This document shows, one piece after another, positions 50,101 through 62,100 of a stretch of 64,000 nucleotides of DNA. Numbering within the stretch: the stretch's first letter is position 1; each line of letters opens with the position of its first letter. The notes under the pieces were generated by a model. That model worked only from the letters and a program-made list of their open reading frames with translations, ran no database searches and was not told the DNA's origin. The DNA is taken from the NCBI GenBank assembly GCA_002269645.1, contig NIVC01000180.1:248001-312000 (forward strand), given 5' to 3'. The translations under genes were made by a program, and so were the position numbers. The stretch is from Macrostomum lignano. Lineage: Eukaryota.

Positions 50101-53100
50101 TAACTGCCGCAATTATGCTTTATCTGGCCAGCACTGGCCTGTCTGTCTGGCACTGTTTTTACTGCTATCGTTTTGTTTTCACTGCAGCCGCAAGCATATA
50201 CAAACTCATGTACTTGCGAATCTAAATTAGTTTGTATCATGCTACTCATATCTGATTAGTAGTATAGTATGATAAACAACTGCAGCTCTCAGGTCAAAAT
50301 TAGCTATTCATTTTGTCCTATACAGAAAATCCAGCGGGACATCTCGAAAGCGTCGAGGATCGACGCAACGGAGGATGGCGATGTCCACCTTGGTGTCAGG
50401 AGTTCCAGAGCCTTTCTAGCGATTGTCTGCTCAGGTACTCTAACCACCCAACACCCCAGCCAGAACAGCCACCCCAACACCCCAGTCAGAACAGCCACCC
50501 CAACACCCCAGCCAGAACAGTCACCCCAACGCCACAGCCAGAACAGCCACCCCAACGTCACAGCCAGAACAGCCACCCCAACACACCAGCCAAAATAACC
50601 GCCCCAGCACCTCAGCCAGAACAGCCACCCCCCGACACCCCAGCCAGAACAGCCACCCCAGCCAGAACAGCCACCCCAGCCAGAGCAGCCACCCCCAAAA
50701 CCACAGCCAGAGCAGCCACCCCAGCCAGAACAGCCACCCCAGCCAGAGCAGCCACCCCCGACACCACAGCCAGAGCAGCCACCCCAGCCAGAACAGCCAC
50801 CCCAGCCAGAACAGCCACCCCAGCCAGAACAGCCACCCCAGCCAGAACAGCCACCCCAACCCGCTCCGCCTCTTTCCAGGCCGCAACGCTCTTATCGTAG
50901 CCTGCGCCAGTCTCGTTGCCTTCTCGCTGAAGTCAGTCGACCTGGGCGACAAGCTCACGCTGACCCAGAAGGTCGACTCGAGGTTGCCGCCGTTCCGCCC
51001 GCCCGCCTTTCAGCTGATGAACGGCACGCAGGTGGTGCGCGACTTCTGGCAGATCGTTGGAGTGAGTAAACTTAGGAAGCATTCTGGCCGCGTTCATTGT
51101 ATTGCATATGGGGATCTGAATTCTTAGTTTGGGATTTTGCTATCCAATTCCCTCCGCCCACGCCGCAGGACATTGGCATCGGCTTCGCTGTGGTGCCCTT
51201 CATCGGCCTGGTGGAGTCTATCGCTATCGCCCGAGTTTTCGGTGAGCTTCGACAGACTTTTACTAAGTCACTGAGTCGGTCTCAAATCCCCTAAATCCTC
51301 GCCATCCGCGACAGCTCGCAGCGGCAACTACAGGATCGATGCCAGCCAGGAGCTCATCGCCATCGGCCTGTCCAACCTTGCCGGCAGCTTTGTGTCCTCC
51401 TACCCTGTGACCGGCAGCTTCACCAGGTTGGGCTGTTAGATACGGGCTTTGGGGTGTTAGATATGGTTTTTCAGTGTTATATGGGTATAGATATGGCTTC
51501 GGGTGTTAGATCTGAGCCTTGGAGTGTTAGATATTGATTTAGGATGTTAGATGTGTTAAATTTGTATGTGTTAGATATGAGCTTTGGGGTGTTAGATATT
51601 GATTTGGGATGTTAGATGTGTTGAATTTGTATGTGTTAGATATGAGCTTTGGGTGTTAGATATGGGCTTTTCGGTATTAGATTTGGCTTTTGGAAGTTAG
51701 ATATGAATTTGGGATGGTAGATATAGGCTTCAGTGTTAGATATCGGTATTCAATGACTGACCTGTTAGGGTTGTTACTGTAGTTATGGGTTTCGGATGTC
51801 TTTGTGCTTGGCTCTACAGGTAGTTGTGGACATGGACGTTTGGGTTGCTGGATGAATGTGTGGGTTGTTAGATAAATGTGTGGGCTGTTAGATAAATGTG
51901 TGGGTTGTTAGATAAATTTGTGGGTTGTTAGATAAATGTGTGGGTTGTTAGATGAATGTGTTGGGTTGTTAGATAAATGTGTGGGTTGTTAGATAAATGT
52001 GTGGGCAGTTAGATAAATGTGTGGGTTGTTAGATAAATGTGTGAGTTGTTAGATAAATGTGCGGGTTGTTAGATAAATGTGTGGGTTGTTAGATAAATGT
52101 GTGGGTTGTTAGATGAATGTGTTGGGTTGTTAGATAAATATGTGGGTTGTTAGATAAATTTGTGGGCTGTTAGATAAATGTATGGGTTGTTAGATAAATG
52201 TGTGTGTTGTTAGATATGTGCTTTTCAGGCAGGATAAATCTAGTTTGTATAAATTAGAAATATAATATATATAATAGTTTGGATTCTTAGCTTTTTGTGT
52301 GAATCTAGATTCAGTTTCAGTGTGTTAGATTCGGTGTTTGATTTCAGTTCGGCTGTTAGATGCTTGTAAAATGCTGTAATAAGGCGATTCTAAACCTGCA
52401 CTCTTGCTTTCAAGAACTGCCATCAACTACCAGAGCGGGGTTCGAACTCCGGCTGGAGGAATCTTCACGGGTAAATCGTTGCGTTTGGCGCAGAGTTTTT
52501 TAAAATTCTCGCTTTTTGTGCCCATAGACGCTACTGTCAGTAGAAAAGTGCACATTGAAATAGATGGGGTTTTCTCGGGGTGGCCTGGTAGATCGTTGAA
52601 TCCCACCGCTGCCACCAATGTTGTACCTGTGGTTGTCCTGCTGTACAGCGCAGTGACTTGGGCTCCGTCCTCTCACTTAGAAGCCTTCTTAACTTTAGTA
52701 GCGTAGGTAGTGCTGCCACCAGTTCCTTCAGGTCTCGGCCTTCGATGAGGTGAGCTTCCCGTCGGAACGAAATAAACAAGTCAACGAACTCAGCACAGCG
52801 TGCAGATTTTCAGATTAATGAACAAGGCGTCCTGATCAGCAGATCCCCGCCGGGCTCAGGGGTGGCTGGGAAGGCAGTGTTAGCCTCCCTTAGGCTTGGG
52901 CTTTAGTGGGGTCTCAGTCAGACCAGTACAAACGGATTCAGTACGCAAAGGGCACTTAGTTAGACACTGACGCACACGGGATCTTAGTGAATTCTCCGCA
53001 GATAAGAAGCCAAAATCCTTGACGGAAACAAGGGGAGAGGGGTCCTATTTATAGCCGGGAAACACCCACGCACAAGACCTCGTGACTTGTTCTATTTTTA

Positions 53101-56100
53101 GAACTGACGTCACTTGAGATCTCGAGGCAGGGTCTCAGTGCGCGCAAGACCTCGTGACTCGTTCTATTTTTAGAACTGACGTCACTTGAGGTCTCCGGCC
53201 AGAGTACACGCGGCTGTGACTCAGTTGCTATTTTTAGCAACATGAGTCACTCCTCTCCTTAGAGAAGGGAGGGGTCCGAAAGCACGTGATTCTCCCGGTA
53301 AACAGGGCCAACGAGTGCAGTAAACATGTTTACTGCACTTTAGGACTCGAAGAACGCAGAGTCTGTCATGTGACTTGCTCCCATGACAGAGGAAAACGGG
53401 ACGGGAACGAAACAGAGACAGCCCACAGCAGAGAAGCTGAGGGCTGAGAACAGAGACGCAGAAGGGCAGAACAGGCCAAGGGGGCAACAGACGGGCCAAG
53501 GGGGGTGGGAAGCTGACCAGCGGCAGACAGCAACCCAGGGCGAGGGCGAGGGAGACTGCTGACAAAGTGGGACGCCTAACATCAACTAGCGGATCACTAC
53601 AACATTTTGCTGTCTAAATTGAAACAGTGGGCTAAAACGGTGATTTCAGGCACGCTGGTGCTGCTGGCCCTGGCTCTGCTCGGCGACCTGTTCCAGTTCA
53701 TTCCGCAGGCCGCCCTGGCCGCTGTCATCATTGTGGCCGTGCTGCAGATGACCGACTTTCGAATGCTGCGCCGGCTCTGGTTTGTCAGCAGTGAGTTGAG
53801 AGGCTGACCTTTGCTGACCTTTGCGCGGGCACGGAGTTTATGTTTCTTTATGATGGTTTTCATTCCGCAGAAACTGACTTGCTCGAATGGCTGGTCACTT
53901 TTCTGGTCTCTCTAGCAGCTGGCATTCAGGTAAAATATTTGTTTCTTTATCATTGTTTTTAATATTCATTTCTTCTAGTCCTCAATAGTAAATTTTATTG
54001 TGAATTCCATGTATTGCAGTACGGCATCCTTTGCGGCATGGGACTCTCTTTTGCATTTCTTCTGTACAGATACAGCAGGCCCGGCTTGGAGACTTCTGTG
54101 AGTGCATGTATAATGCGCAACTCTGGCTGTGTGCATGTCAGTGCATGTATAATGTGCAACTCTGGCTGTGTGCATGTCAGTGCATGTATAATGTGCAACT
54201 CTGGCTGTGTGCATGTCAGTGCATGTATAATGTGCAACTCTGGCTGTGTGCATGTCAGTGCATGTATAATGTGCAACTCTGGCTGTGTGCATGTCAGTGC
54301 ATGTATAATGTGCAACTCTGGCTGTGTGCATGTCAGTGCATGTATAATGTGCAACTCTGGCTGTGTGCATGTCAGTGCATGTATAATGTGCAACTCTGGC
54401 TGTGTGCATGTCAGTGCATGTATAATGAGCAACTCTGGCTGTGTGCATGTCAGTGCATGTATAATGTGCAACTCTGGCTGTGTTCATGTCAGTGCATGTA
54501 TAATGAGCAACTCTGTCTGTGTGCATGTCAGTGCATGTATAATGAGCAACTCTGGCTGTGTTCATGTCAGTGCATGTATAATGTGCAACTCTGGCTGTGT
54601 TCATGTCAGTGCATGTATAATGAGCAACTCTGGCTGTGTGCATGTCAGTGCATGTATAATGCGCAACTCTGGCTGTGTGCATGTCAGTGCATGTATAATG
54701 CGCAACTCTGGCTGTGTGCATGTCAGTGCATGTATAATGCGCAACTCTGGCTGTGTTCATGTCAGTGCATGTATAATGTGCAACTCTGGCTGTGTGCATG
54801 TCAGTGCATGTATAATGAGCAACTCTGGCTGTGTTCATGTCAGTGCATGTATAATGTGCAACTCTGGCTGTGTGCATGTCAGTGCATGTATAATGTGCAA
54901 CTCTGGCTGTGTTCATGTCAGTGCATGTATAATGTGCAACTCTGGCTGTGTTCATGTCAGTGCATGTATAATGAGCAACTCTGGCTGTGTTCATGTCAGT
55001 GCATGTATAATGTGCAACTCTGGCTGTGTTCATGTCAGTGCATGTATAATGAGCAACTCTGGCTGTGTGCATGTCAGTGCATGTATAATGTGCAACTCTG
55101 GCTGTGTGCATGTCAGTGCATGTATAATGTGCAACTCTGGCTGTGTGCATGTCAGTGCATGTATAATGTGCAACTCTGCCTGTGTTCATGTCAGTGCATG
55201 TATAATGTTAAATAAATTAAATGTAATTTTTTTATTATTTACTGAATTATTAATTCAACTATTTAGACGCAGTCCTCCGGCCTGGCCGTGGTAACAGTGA
55301 AGTCCGCGGTTCGATTCCCAGCTGCGGACGGCCTTGAGCTCAGCCTCGTCGCCGCAGCCCAGCCAAGTGAGGGCCGAGTTCGCCACGTTTGTGCCGACCT
55401 GTCTCTGGCGACTGGCATCGACTTTGCCGTCGTGGAGGCTTTGAAAACTGTGCGGGAGCGGCTGCGGCTCCTCAGTGCCCGCCTCTTCGTGGTGGCTCGC
55501 CAGGTGAGTCTCACCTGCCACCGGTTCAATCTGGCAGTCTGGTTTTATATGATCTCTCTGACAAATCTCACCCCTATACTACAAATCTCACCCCTCTGCT
55601 ACAAATCTCACCAATCTAAAGCAAATCTCACCCTGCTTCTACAAATCTCATTCCTCTTCAGAAAATCCCACTCTTCTAAAAATCTCACCCCTTTACAGCA
55701 AATTTCACCCCTCTGCTACAAGTATCATCCCTCTTCTACAAATCTCACGCCTCTTCTACAAATCTCACCCCTCTACTACAAATCTCACCCCTCTACTGCA
55801 AATCTCACGCCTCTTCTAGAAATCTCACCCCTCTACTGCAAATCTCACCCCTCTACTGCAAATCTCACGCCTCTTCTACAAATCTCACCCCCTCTACTAC
55901 AAATCTCACCCTTCTACTGCAAATCTCACGCCTCTTCTACAAATCTCACCCCTCTTCTACAAATCTCACCCTCTTCTAAAGATCTTATCATTCTACTGAA
56001 ATCTCGCACCTTCTATTATTTCCTGTTACTAATCCCCCACCCATCTCTCCGAGCTCTGAATCTCTTACGCAATCCCTAAACGCCCCCCCTCAGCCCGAGG

Positions 56101-56213
56101 TGCGCCAAATCCTGGAACAGGCCGGCCTGTCTGTGTTCGAATCCGTGCAGGCTGCGGAGTCGGGCCTCTCCGCCTCTGCCGGCGCCTCAGAGGTGACGCC
56201 GCTGATCACGTGA
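44141..56213 (+). CDS. SLC26A11: SLC26A11-like sulfate/anion transporter, 14 exons: 44141-44226, 47134-47533, 47904-47983, 48081-48135, 50326-50434, 50880-51061, 51169-51241, 51315-51426, 52415-52470, 53650-53790, 53871-53929, 54020-54097, 55267-55503, 56094-56213
   Basis: [10 protein letters not shown]|[95 protein letters not shown] and a C-terminal STAS domain. All 13 GT-AG introns join in phase with no frameshift. Confidence 0.95.
44255..45722. repeat. 20-bp minisatellite (tgtgtctgcagtgtctcaaa) in SLC26 intron 1
   Basis: About 73 copies. Confidence 0.97.
46452..47120. repeat. 12-bp repeat (tcacctgagccc) ending just before the SLC26 exon 2 acceptor
   Basis: About 50 copies; source of the SPEP/PHLS ORFs. 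Confidence 0.95.
47548..47880. repeat. 28-bp minisatellite (cctcccagatcctcagttgctgagccag) in SLC26 intron 2
   Basis: About 11 copies; same family as the PLPP intron array. Confidence 0.93.
48205..49160. repeat. 27-30-bp minisatellite (gggatcagagatgggaccccagctagattt) in SLC26 intron 4
   Basis: About 31 copies. Confidence 0.95.
50445..50860. repeat. 18-bp-based minisatellite (ccagccagaacagccacc) in SLC26 intron 5
   Basis: Seen directly. Confidence 0.92.
51430..52220. repeat. 20-bp minisatellite (ttagataaatgtgtgggttg) with degenerate gttagatat precursors in SLC26 intron 8
   Basis: The regular part spans 51860-52215. Confidence 0.88.
52598..53604 (-). mobile_element. LTR (52619-53604, 986 bp) plus tRNA-Leu primer-binding site (52598-52617); truncated LTR retrotransposon, probably Ty3/Gypsy, antisense in SLC26 intron 9
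   Basis: Termini TGTTGTA...TACAACA. The + strand gaatcccaccgctgccacca equals the 3' end of eukaryotic tRNA-Leu plus CCA, 1 nt from the LTR end. TATAAATA lies on the minus strand at 53046-53053, and a 72-bp-spaced duplication carries two TGACGTCA sites. Confidence 0.88.
54098..55205. repeat. 39-bp minisatellite (gtcagtgcatgtataatgtgcaactctggctgtgtgcat) beginning exactly at the SLC26 intron 12 donor
   Basis: About 28 copies; the first unit starts GTGAGT, the others GTCAGT. Confidence 0.97.
55560..56000. repeat. 20-21-bp minisatellite (acaaatctcacccctctact) in SLC26 intron 13
   Basis: About 20 imperfect copies. Confidence 0.9.
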
Positions 56214-56469
56214 CAGCCGGAGCGTCAGGCTCAACAGCATCACATATTCACTGCTGATTAAAGCTGCGACCGTCTTTTGAACTTGATTCCTCAACCCACC
56301 AGCTCCAATGGTGCTGCAGCCGAATCTAATGCGATTCGTGTTGAAATCTTTGTAGCTTTTTACTTTGTTTTGTCAGTTTTAGACTTACTTTTACACACAT
56401 ATTCATTGCACTCCGTGTGGGAATGAAACAGTGGCTTATGGTAGCTTTCGGGGTACTTTTCACTGGTGA

Positions 56470-58622
56470 TTCTGAGGGTTGTTTATGGGTGATTCTCGGG
56501 TGGTTTTGGGTGATTCTCAGTGTGATTTATGGGTGATTCTCGGGGTGGTTTATGGGTGATTCTCGGGGTGGTTTATGGGTGATTCTCGGGTGGTTTTGGG
56601 TGATTCTCGGTGTGATTTATGGGTGATTCTCGGGGTGGTTTATGGGTGATTCTCGGGTGGTTTTGGGTGATTCTCAGTGTGATTTATGGGTGATTCTCGG
56701 GGTGGTTTATGGGTAATTCTCGGGGTGGTTTATAGGTAATTCTCGGGGTGGTTTATGAGTGATTCTCAGTGTGGTTTATGGTGATTCTCCTCAGGCTGGT
56801 TTATGGGTGATTCTCGGGTGGTTTATGGGTGATTCTCAGTGTGATTTATGGGTGATTCTCGGGGTGGTTTATGAGTGATTCTCGGTATGGTTTATGGGTG
56901 ATTCTCAGTGTGATTTATGGGTGATTCTCGGGGTGGTTTATGGGTGATTCTCGGGGTGGTTTATGGGTAATTCTCGGGGTGGTTTATGAGTGATTCTCAG
57001 GGTTGTTTATGGGTGATTCTCGGGGTGGTTTATGAGTGATTCTCAGGGTTGTTTATGGGTGATTCTCAGTGTGATTTATGGGTGATTCTCGGGGTGGTTT
57101 ATGGGTAATTCTCGGGGTGGTTTATGAGTGATTCTCAGGGTTGTTTATGGGTGATTCTCGGTGTGATTTATGGGTGATTCTCGGGGTGGTTTATGAGTGA
57201 TTCTCAGTGTGGTTTATGGGTGATTCTTAGTGTGGTTTATGGTGATTCTCCTCAGGCTGGTTTATGGGTGATTCTCGGGGTGGTTTATGAGTGATTCTCG
57301 GTGTGGTTTATGGGTGATTCTCGGGGTGGTTTATGAGTGATTCTCGGTGTGGTTTATGGGTGATTCTCGGGGTGGTTTATGAGTGATTCTCGGTGTGGTT
57401 TATGGGTGATTCTCAGTGTGATTTATGGGTGATTCTCGGGGTGGTTTATGGGTAATTCTCGGGGTGGTTTATGAGTGATTCTCAGGGTTGTTTATGGGTG
57501 ATTCTCAGTGTGGTTTATGGGTGATTCTCGGGGTGGTTTATGAGTGATTCTCAGTGTGGTTTATGGGTGATTCTTAGTGTGGTTTATGGTGATTCTCCTC
57601 AGGCTGGTTTATGGGTGATTCTCGGGTGGTTTATGAGTGATTCTCAGTGTGGTTTATGGGTGATTCTCGGGGTGGTTTATGAGTGATTCTCGGTGTGGTT
57701 TATGGGTGATTCTCGGGGTGGTTTATGAGTGATTCTCGGTGTGGTTTATGGGTGATTCTCGGGGTGGTTTATGAGTGATTCTCGGTGTGGTTTATGGGTG
57801 ATTCTCGGTGTGGTTTATGGGTGATTCTCAGTGTGGTTTATGGGTGATTCTCTGGGTGGTTTATGAGTGATTCTCAGGGTTGTTTATGGGTGATTCTCAG
57901 TGTGGTTTATGGGTGATTCTCGGTGTGGTTTATGGGTGATTCTCGGTGTGGTTTATGGGTGATTCTCGGTGTGGTTTATGGGTGATTCTCAGTGTGGTTT
58001 ATGGGTGATTCTCAGTGTGGTTTATGGTGATTCTCCTCAGGCTGGTTTATGGGTGATTCTCAGTGTGGTTTATGGGTGATTCTCAGTGTGGTTTATGGTG
58101 ATTCTCCTCAGGCTGGTTTATGGGTGATTCTCAGTGTGGTTTATGGGTGATTCTCAGTGTGGTTTATGGTGATTCTCCTCAGGCTGGTTTATGGGTGATT
58201 CTCGGGGTGGTTTATGGGTGATTCTCGGGGTGGTTTATGAGTGATTCTCAGGGTTGTTTATGGGTGATTCTCAGTGTGGTTTATGGGTGATTCTCGGGGT
58301 GGTTTATGAGTGATTCTCAGTGTGGTTTATGGGTGATTCTTAGTGTGGTTTATGGTGATTCTCCTCAGGCTGGTTTATGGGTGATTCTCGGGGTGGTTTA
58401 TGAGTGATTCTCGGTGTGGTTTATGGGTGATTCTCGTTGTGGTTTATGGGTGATTCTCAGTGTGGTTTATGGGTGATTCTTAATGTGTGGTTTATGGTGA
58501 TTCTCCTCGGGATGGTTTATGGGTGATTCTCTGTGTGGTTTATGGTGATTCTCCTCGGGATGGTTTATGGGTGATTCTCGGGGTGGTATATGGGTAATTC
58601 TCCGGGTTGTTTATGGTGATTC
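56470..58622. repeat. About 2.1-kb 23-bp minisatellite (tttatgggtgattctcggggtgg) between the convergent SLC26 and PIAS 3' ends
   Basis: About 90 imperfect copies with recurring variant units. Confidence 0.97.
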
Positions 58623-59187
58623 TGATTGATTCTTATGGATGAGTGAGAGTGACTATCAATATCTCAGACGGTGCCGACGCTCATGGGTTATAACGGATAA
58701 TGCTGTACTATAATCGTTTCTTACTGAGGCTGAAAACTTCAGCAATATGTACTTGATCAATTGTGAAAGCTGAATGAATTTCGGTTTCAATTTGCAATGT
58801 CGATTTCCCCGAAGATGTCCGAATTCTAGCAGATATGCCTGATTGAATTTTTTCCACTGATTTTACTGTACACGTTTTGAAATGAAATATACTCTTGTAA
58901 TTTTATATAACCGTTTTTAATCAAGCACTTCTGCATGTGTCGAATATTTTAAAAAATTAATCAAAAAGGACCTCAGAATTTTGTTGTTTTTTCTATAAAA
59001 ACATTTGGCTAGGCCAGACTGTTTATAAGAAACGCATCATGTGTTTAACAGCACAGTGCAGAGAATGACATCCATATAGACTATCAGACAGTCTCGTCAA
59101 GAAAATGATTTCAAGCAGGCAATCGAGCTGGCAAGCAGGGGATGGATGGATGCAGTACGCATAAAAATCAAGTACAAAATGCACTCT

Positions 59188-62100
59188 TTAGTGCTGCTGC
59201 AGGCTGGGCGCGGAGGCGGCCGCCAGCATGGCGGAGATTCGCTGCTGGTCCTGCAGAAACGCCTGCGGCAGCGGGATGGCAGAGCTCGGCGACGGCTGCG
59301 GCTGAACCTGCTGATGGTGGAGATGCTGCTGATGAAGCTGCTGTTGTTGATGAAGCTGCTGCTGTTGATGAAGCTGCTGCTGATGATGAAGCTGCTGTTG
59401 TTGATGAAGCTGCTGCTGATGATGAAGCTGCTGTTGTTGATGAAGCTGCTGCTGATGATGAAGCTGCTGCGCCAGCTGGGCTGGGGAATTCCTAGCGGAA
59501 TTTCCCTGATGCTGATAAGGAGACGAGACGGGAATTCCCTGTGGATTTCCGTAGTTTGGGGGAGGCGTGCGGATTCCCTCATTGCCGCGGATGAGCGACG
59601 CCGCAGTCGGCGGCGGCACCGGCGGATGATGCGACGCCGCCGAGCTGCCCAGGGCGGCGGCGAGCAGCGGCTGCGGCGGATTGCCGATCCGGATGCCACT
59701 GTCGGCATCTCCGGGCTGCTGCTGCTGACTGCGCGGACTCGCCGAGCCGCTGCCAGCCGCAGAGTTTGACGAAGAAGCTGGTCGGTTTAGCCGCTTGGCC
59801 GGCGGCGGCCGGGCAGCAGGAGGCTCCGCCTCGTCGTCCGAACTGTCCAGCGTGATCACCAGGATGCCGTCCGGCCTAACGCTGGACTTTGCGGCGGGCG
59901 CCGCTGCTGCTGCTGGCCGCTTAGTCGCCGGCTGGACGGTGGGAGCCGCAGGAGCGGCGGGAGGCGCAGGAGCAGCGGGAGGCGCAGGAGCGGCGGGAGG
60001 CGCAGGAGCAGCGGGAGCCGCAGGAGCGGCGGGAGGCGCAGGAGCCGCGGGAGGCGCAGAAGCTGCGGGAGACGCAGAAGCTGCGGGAGGCGCAGGAGGC
60101 GCAGGAGCCGCGGGCCCGTCCCCGGTCAGGTCGAAGGCCACCACGACTTTGCCGCCGTCGCCGTTTGACGACTTGACAGTTGCAGCCGCCGCCCCGGGCT
60201 GCTCAGCCTCGGCGGGCACCCAGCCGCCGTCGGGCAAGAAGCGGACGGTGTCCACCGGGTCGGCCGCGGCCCGGGCGGCCAGAATGTCGCGGAAAAGCTC
60301 GTCAACGCGCAGGTCGTCCAGCCGGAGCGGCCGGTCGCAGCAAGGGCAGCGCCAGCTGGACTTCCGCTCGTTCATAGTGAGGAAGACAGAGGCGTCGAAG
60401 CACTGCAGGTGCGCGCAGTCGCGGCCCCGCGCCGGGATGCCGATGCGGCTGCGGGTCAGCGGGCAGCGCAGCGAGGCCGTCAGGTCTGTCAGGGCCACTT
60501 CGTCGCCACCGCCGCTGCCGCCAAGCATGTCGACAATTTTAGTCCGGGTGCCGGAGGCTGGGATGGGGCTGAGCTCCAGCACGCGCTGTGTGAGCTGCTG
60601 GGCGGTGAGCGCCCGCGCTAGGCTGACCGTCACGCAGTAGCCGGGCGGGGCCGCGGCCGCCTGCTGGTCCTGCACCCAGCCAACCGTCAGGCGGTTCAGC
60701 ACCGCGTGCGAGATGCGGCAGTGGCCTGCGGAGCGGCAGATAAATCTGTCATTTGAATCATATGGCACGACACCCCAGAACACAGAGCCCAACTGACACC
60801 CCAGAACACAGAGCCCTACTGACATCCCAGAACACAGAGCCCTACTGACATCCCAGAACACAGAGTCCTACCATACATGCGCAACAGTCGGCCGACTCGG
60901 CCGATCCGGCCGACCGATTTGGCGGCCAACCAACGAAGTGTCGCAAAAATGCCCACCCTACTACTACTACCACCCTACTACTACCACCCTAATACTACTT
61001 AGTAGTACTAAGTAGCTGACGAGGCATTTTGGCTTAATAAGACAGTTATAGTTACTCCTGCCGTTTACCCAAAGTTGCGTTAATTTTGCATTAGGTTTTT
61101 TTACATGCAAGTCGCATTTTTGGCCAAAGACTACGTCGCATTTTTGTTAAAACTAAGTCGCACGGCCGCCCGAATTTTGGAGGTTGCGCATGTATGAGCC
61201 CTACTGACACCCCAGAACATAGAGCCCTACTGACATCCCAGAACATAGAGCCCTACTGACATCCCAGAACAGAGCCCTATTACTGAATACTGATACACCG
61301 GAACCCCATCACTGACACTCCAGAACCCCATCCCTGACACTCCAGAACCCCATCCCTGTCCCTGACACTCCAGAACCCCATCCCTGACACTCCAGAACCC
61401 CATCCCTGACACTCCAGAACCCCATCCCTGACACTCCAGAACCTCATCCCTGACACTCCAGAACCCCATCCCTGACACTCCAGAACCCCATCCCTGACAC
61501 TCCATAACCCCATCACTGACACTCCAGAACCCCATCCCTGACACTCCATAACCCCATCCCTGACACTCCAGAACCCCATCCCTGTCCCTGACACTCCAGA
61601 ACCCCATCCCTGACACTCCAGAACCCCCTGACACTCCAGAACCCCATCCCTGACACTCCAGAACCCCCCTGACACTCCAGAACCCCATCCCTGACACTCC
61701 AGAACCCCATCCCTGACACTCCAGAACCCCATCCCTGACACTCCAGAACCCCATCCCTGACACTCCAGAACCTCATCCCTGACACTCCAGAACCTCATCC
61801 CTGACACTCCAGAACCCCATCCCTGACACTCCAGAACCCCATCCCTAACACTCCAGAACCCCATCCCTGACACTCCATAACCCCATCACTGACACTCCAG
61901 AACCCCATCCCTGACACTCCATAACCCCATCCCTGACACTCCAGAACCCCATCCCTGACACTCCAGAACCCCATCCCTGACACTCCATAACCCCATCACT
62001 GACACTCCAGAACCCCATCCCTGACACTCCAGAACCCCATCCCTGACACTCCATAACCCCATCACTGACACTCCAGAACCCCATCACTGACACTCCAGAA

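Noticed and set aside
53975-55294. Cys/His-rich 400-aa ORFs (possible metallothionein-like or zinc-finger proteins)
   Set aside because: They are translations of the 39-bp (3n) intronic minisatellite between consistent GT-AG sites.
59097-60640. Plus-strand ORFs over PIAS, and similar antisense ORFs over the LINE, ENaC, PLPP and orphan genes
   Set aside because: They are shadow ORFs caused by GC-rich codon usage on the opposite strand or frame, with no independent motifs.
61015-61050. Hammerhead ribozyme (ctgacgag core)
   Set aside because: No GAAA and no closing stems follow the CUGANGA motif.
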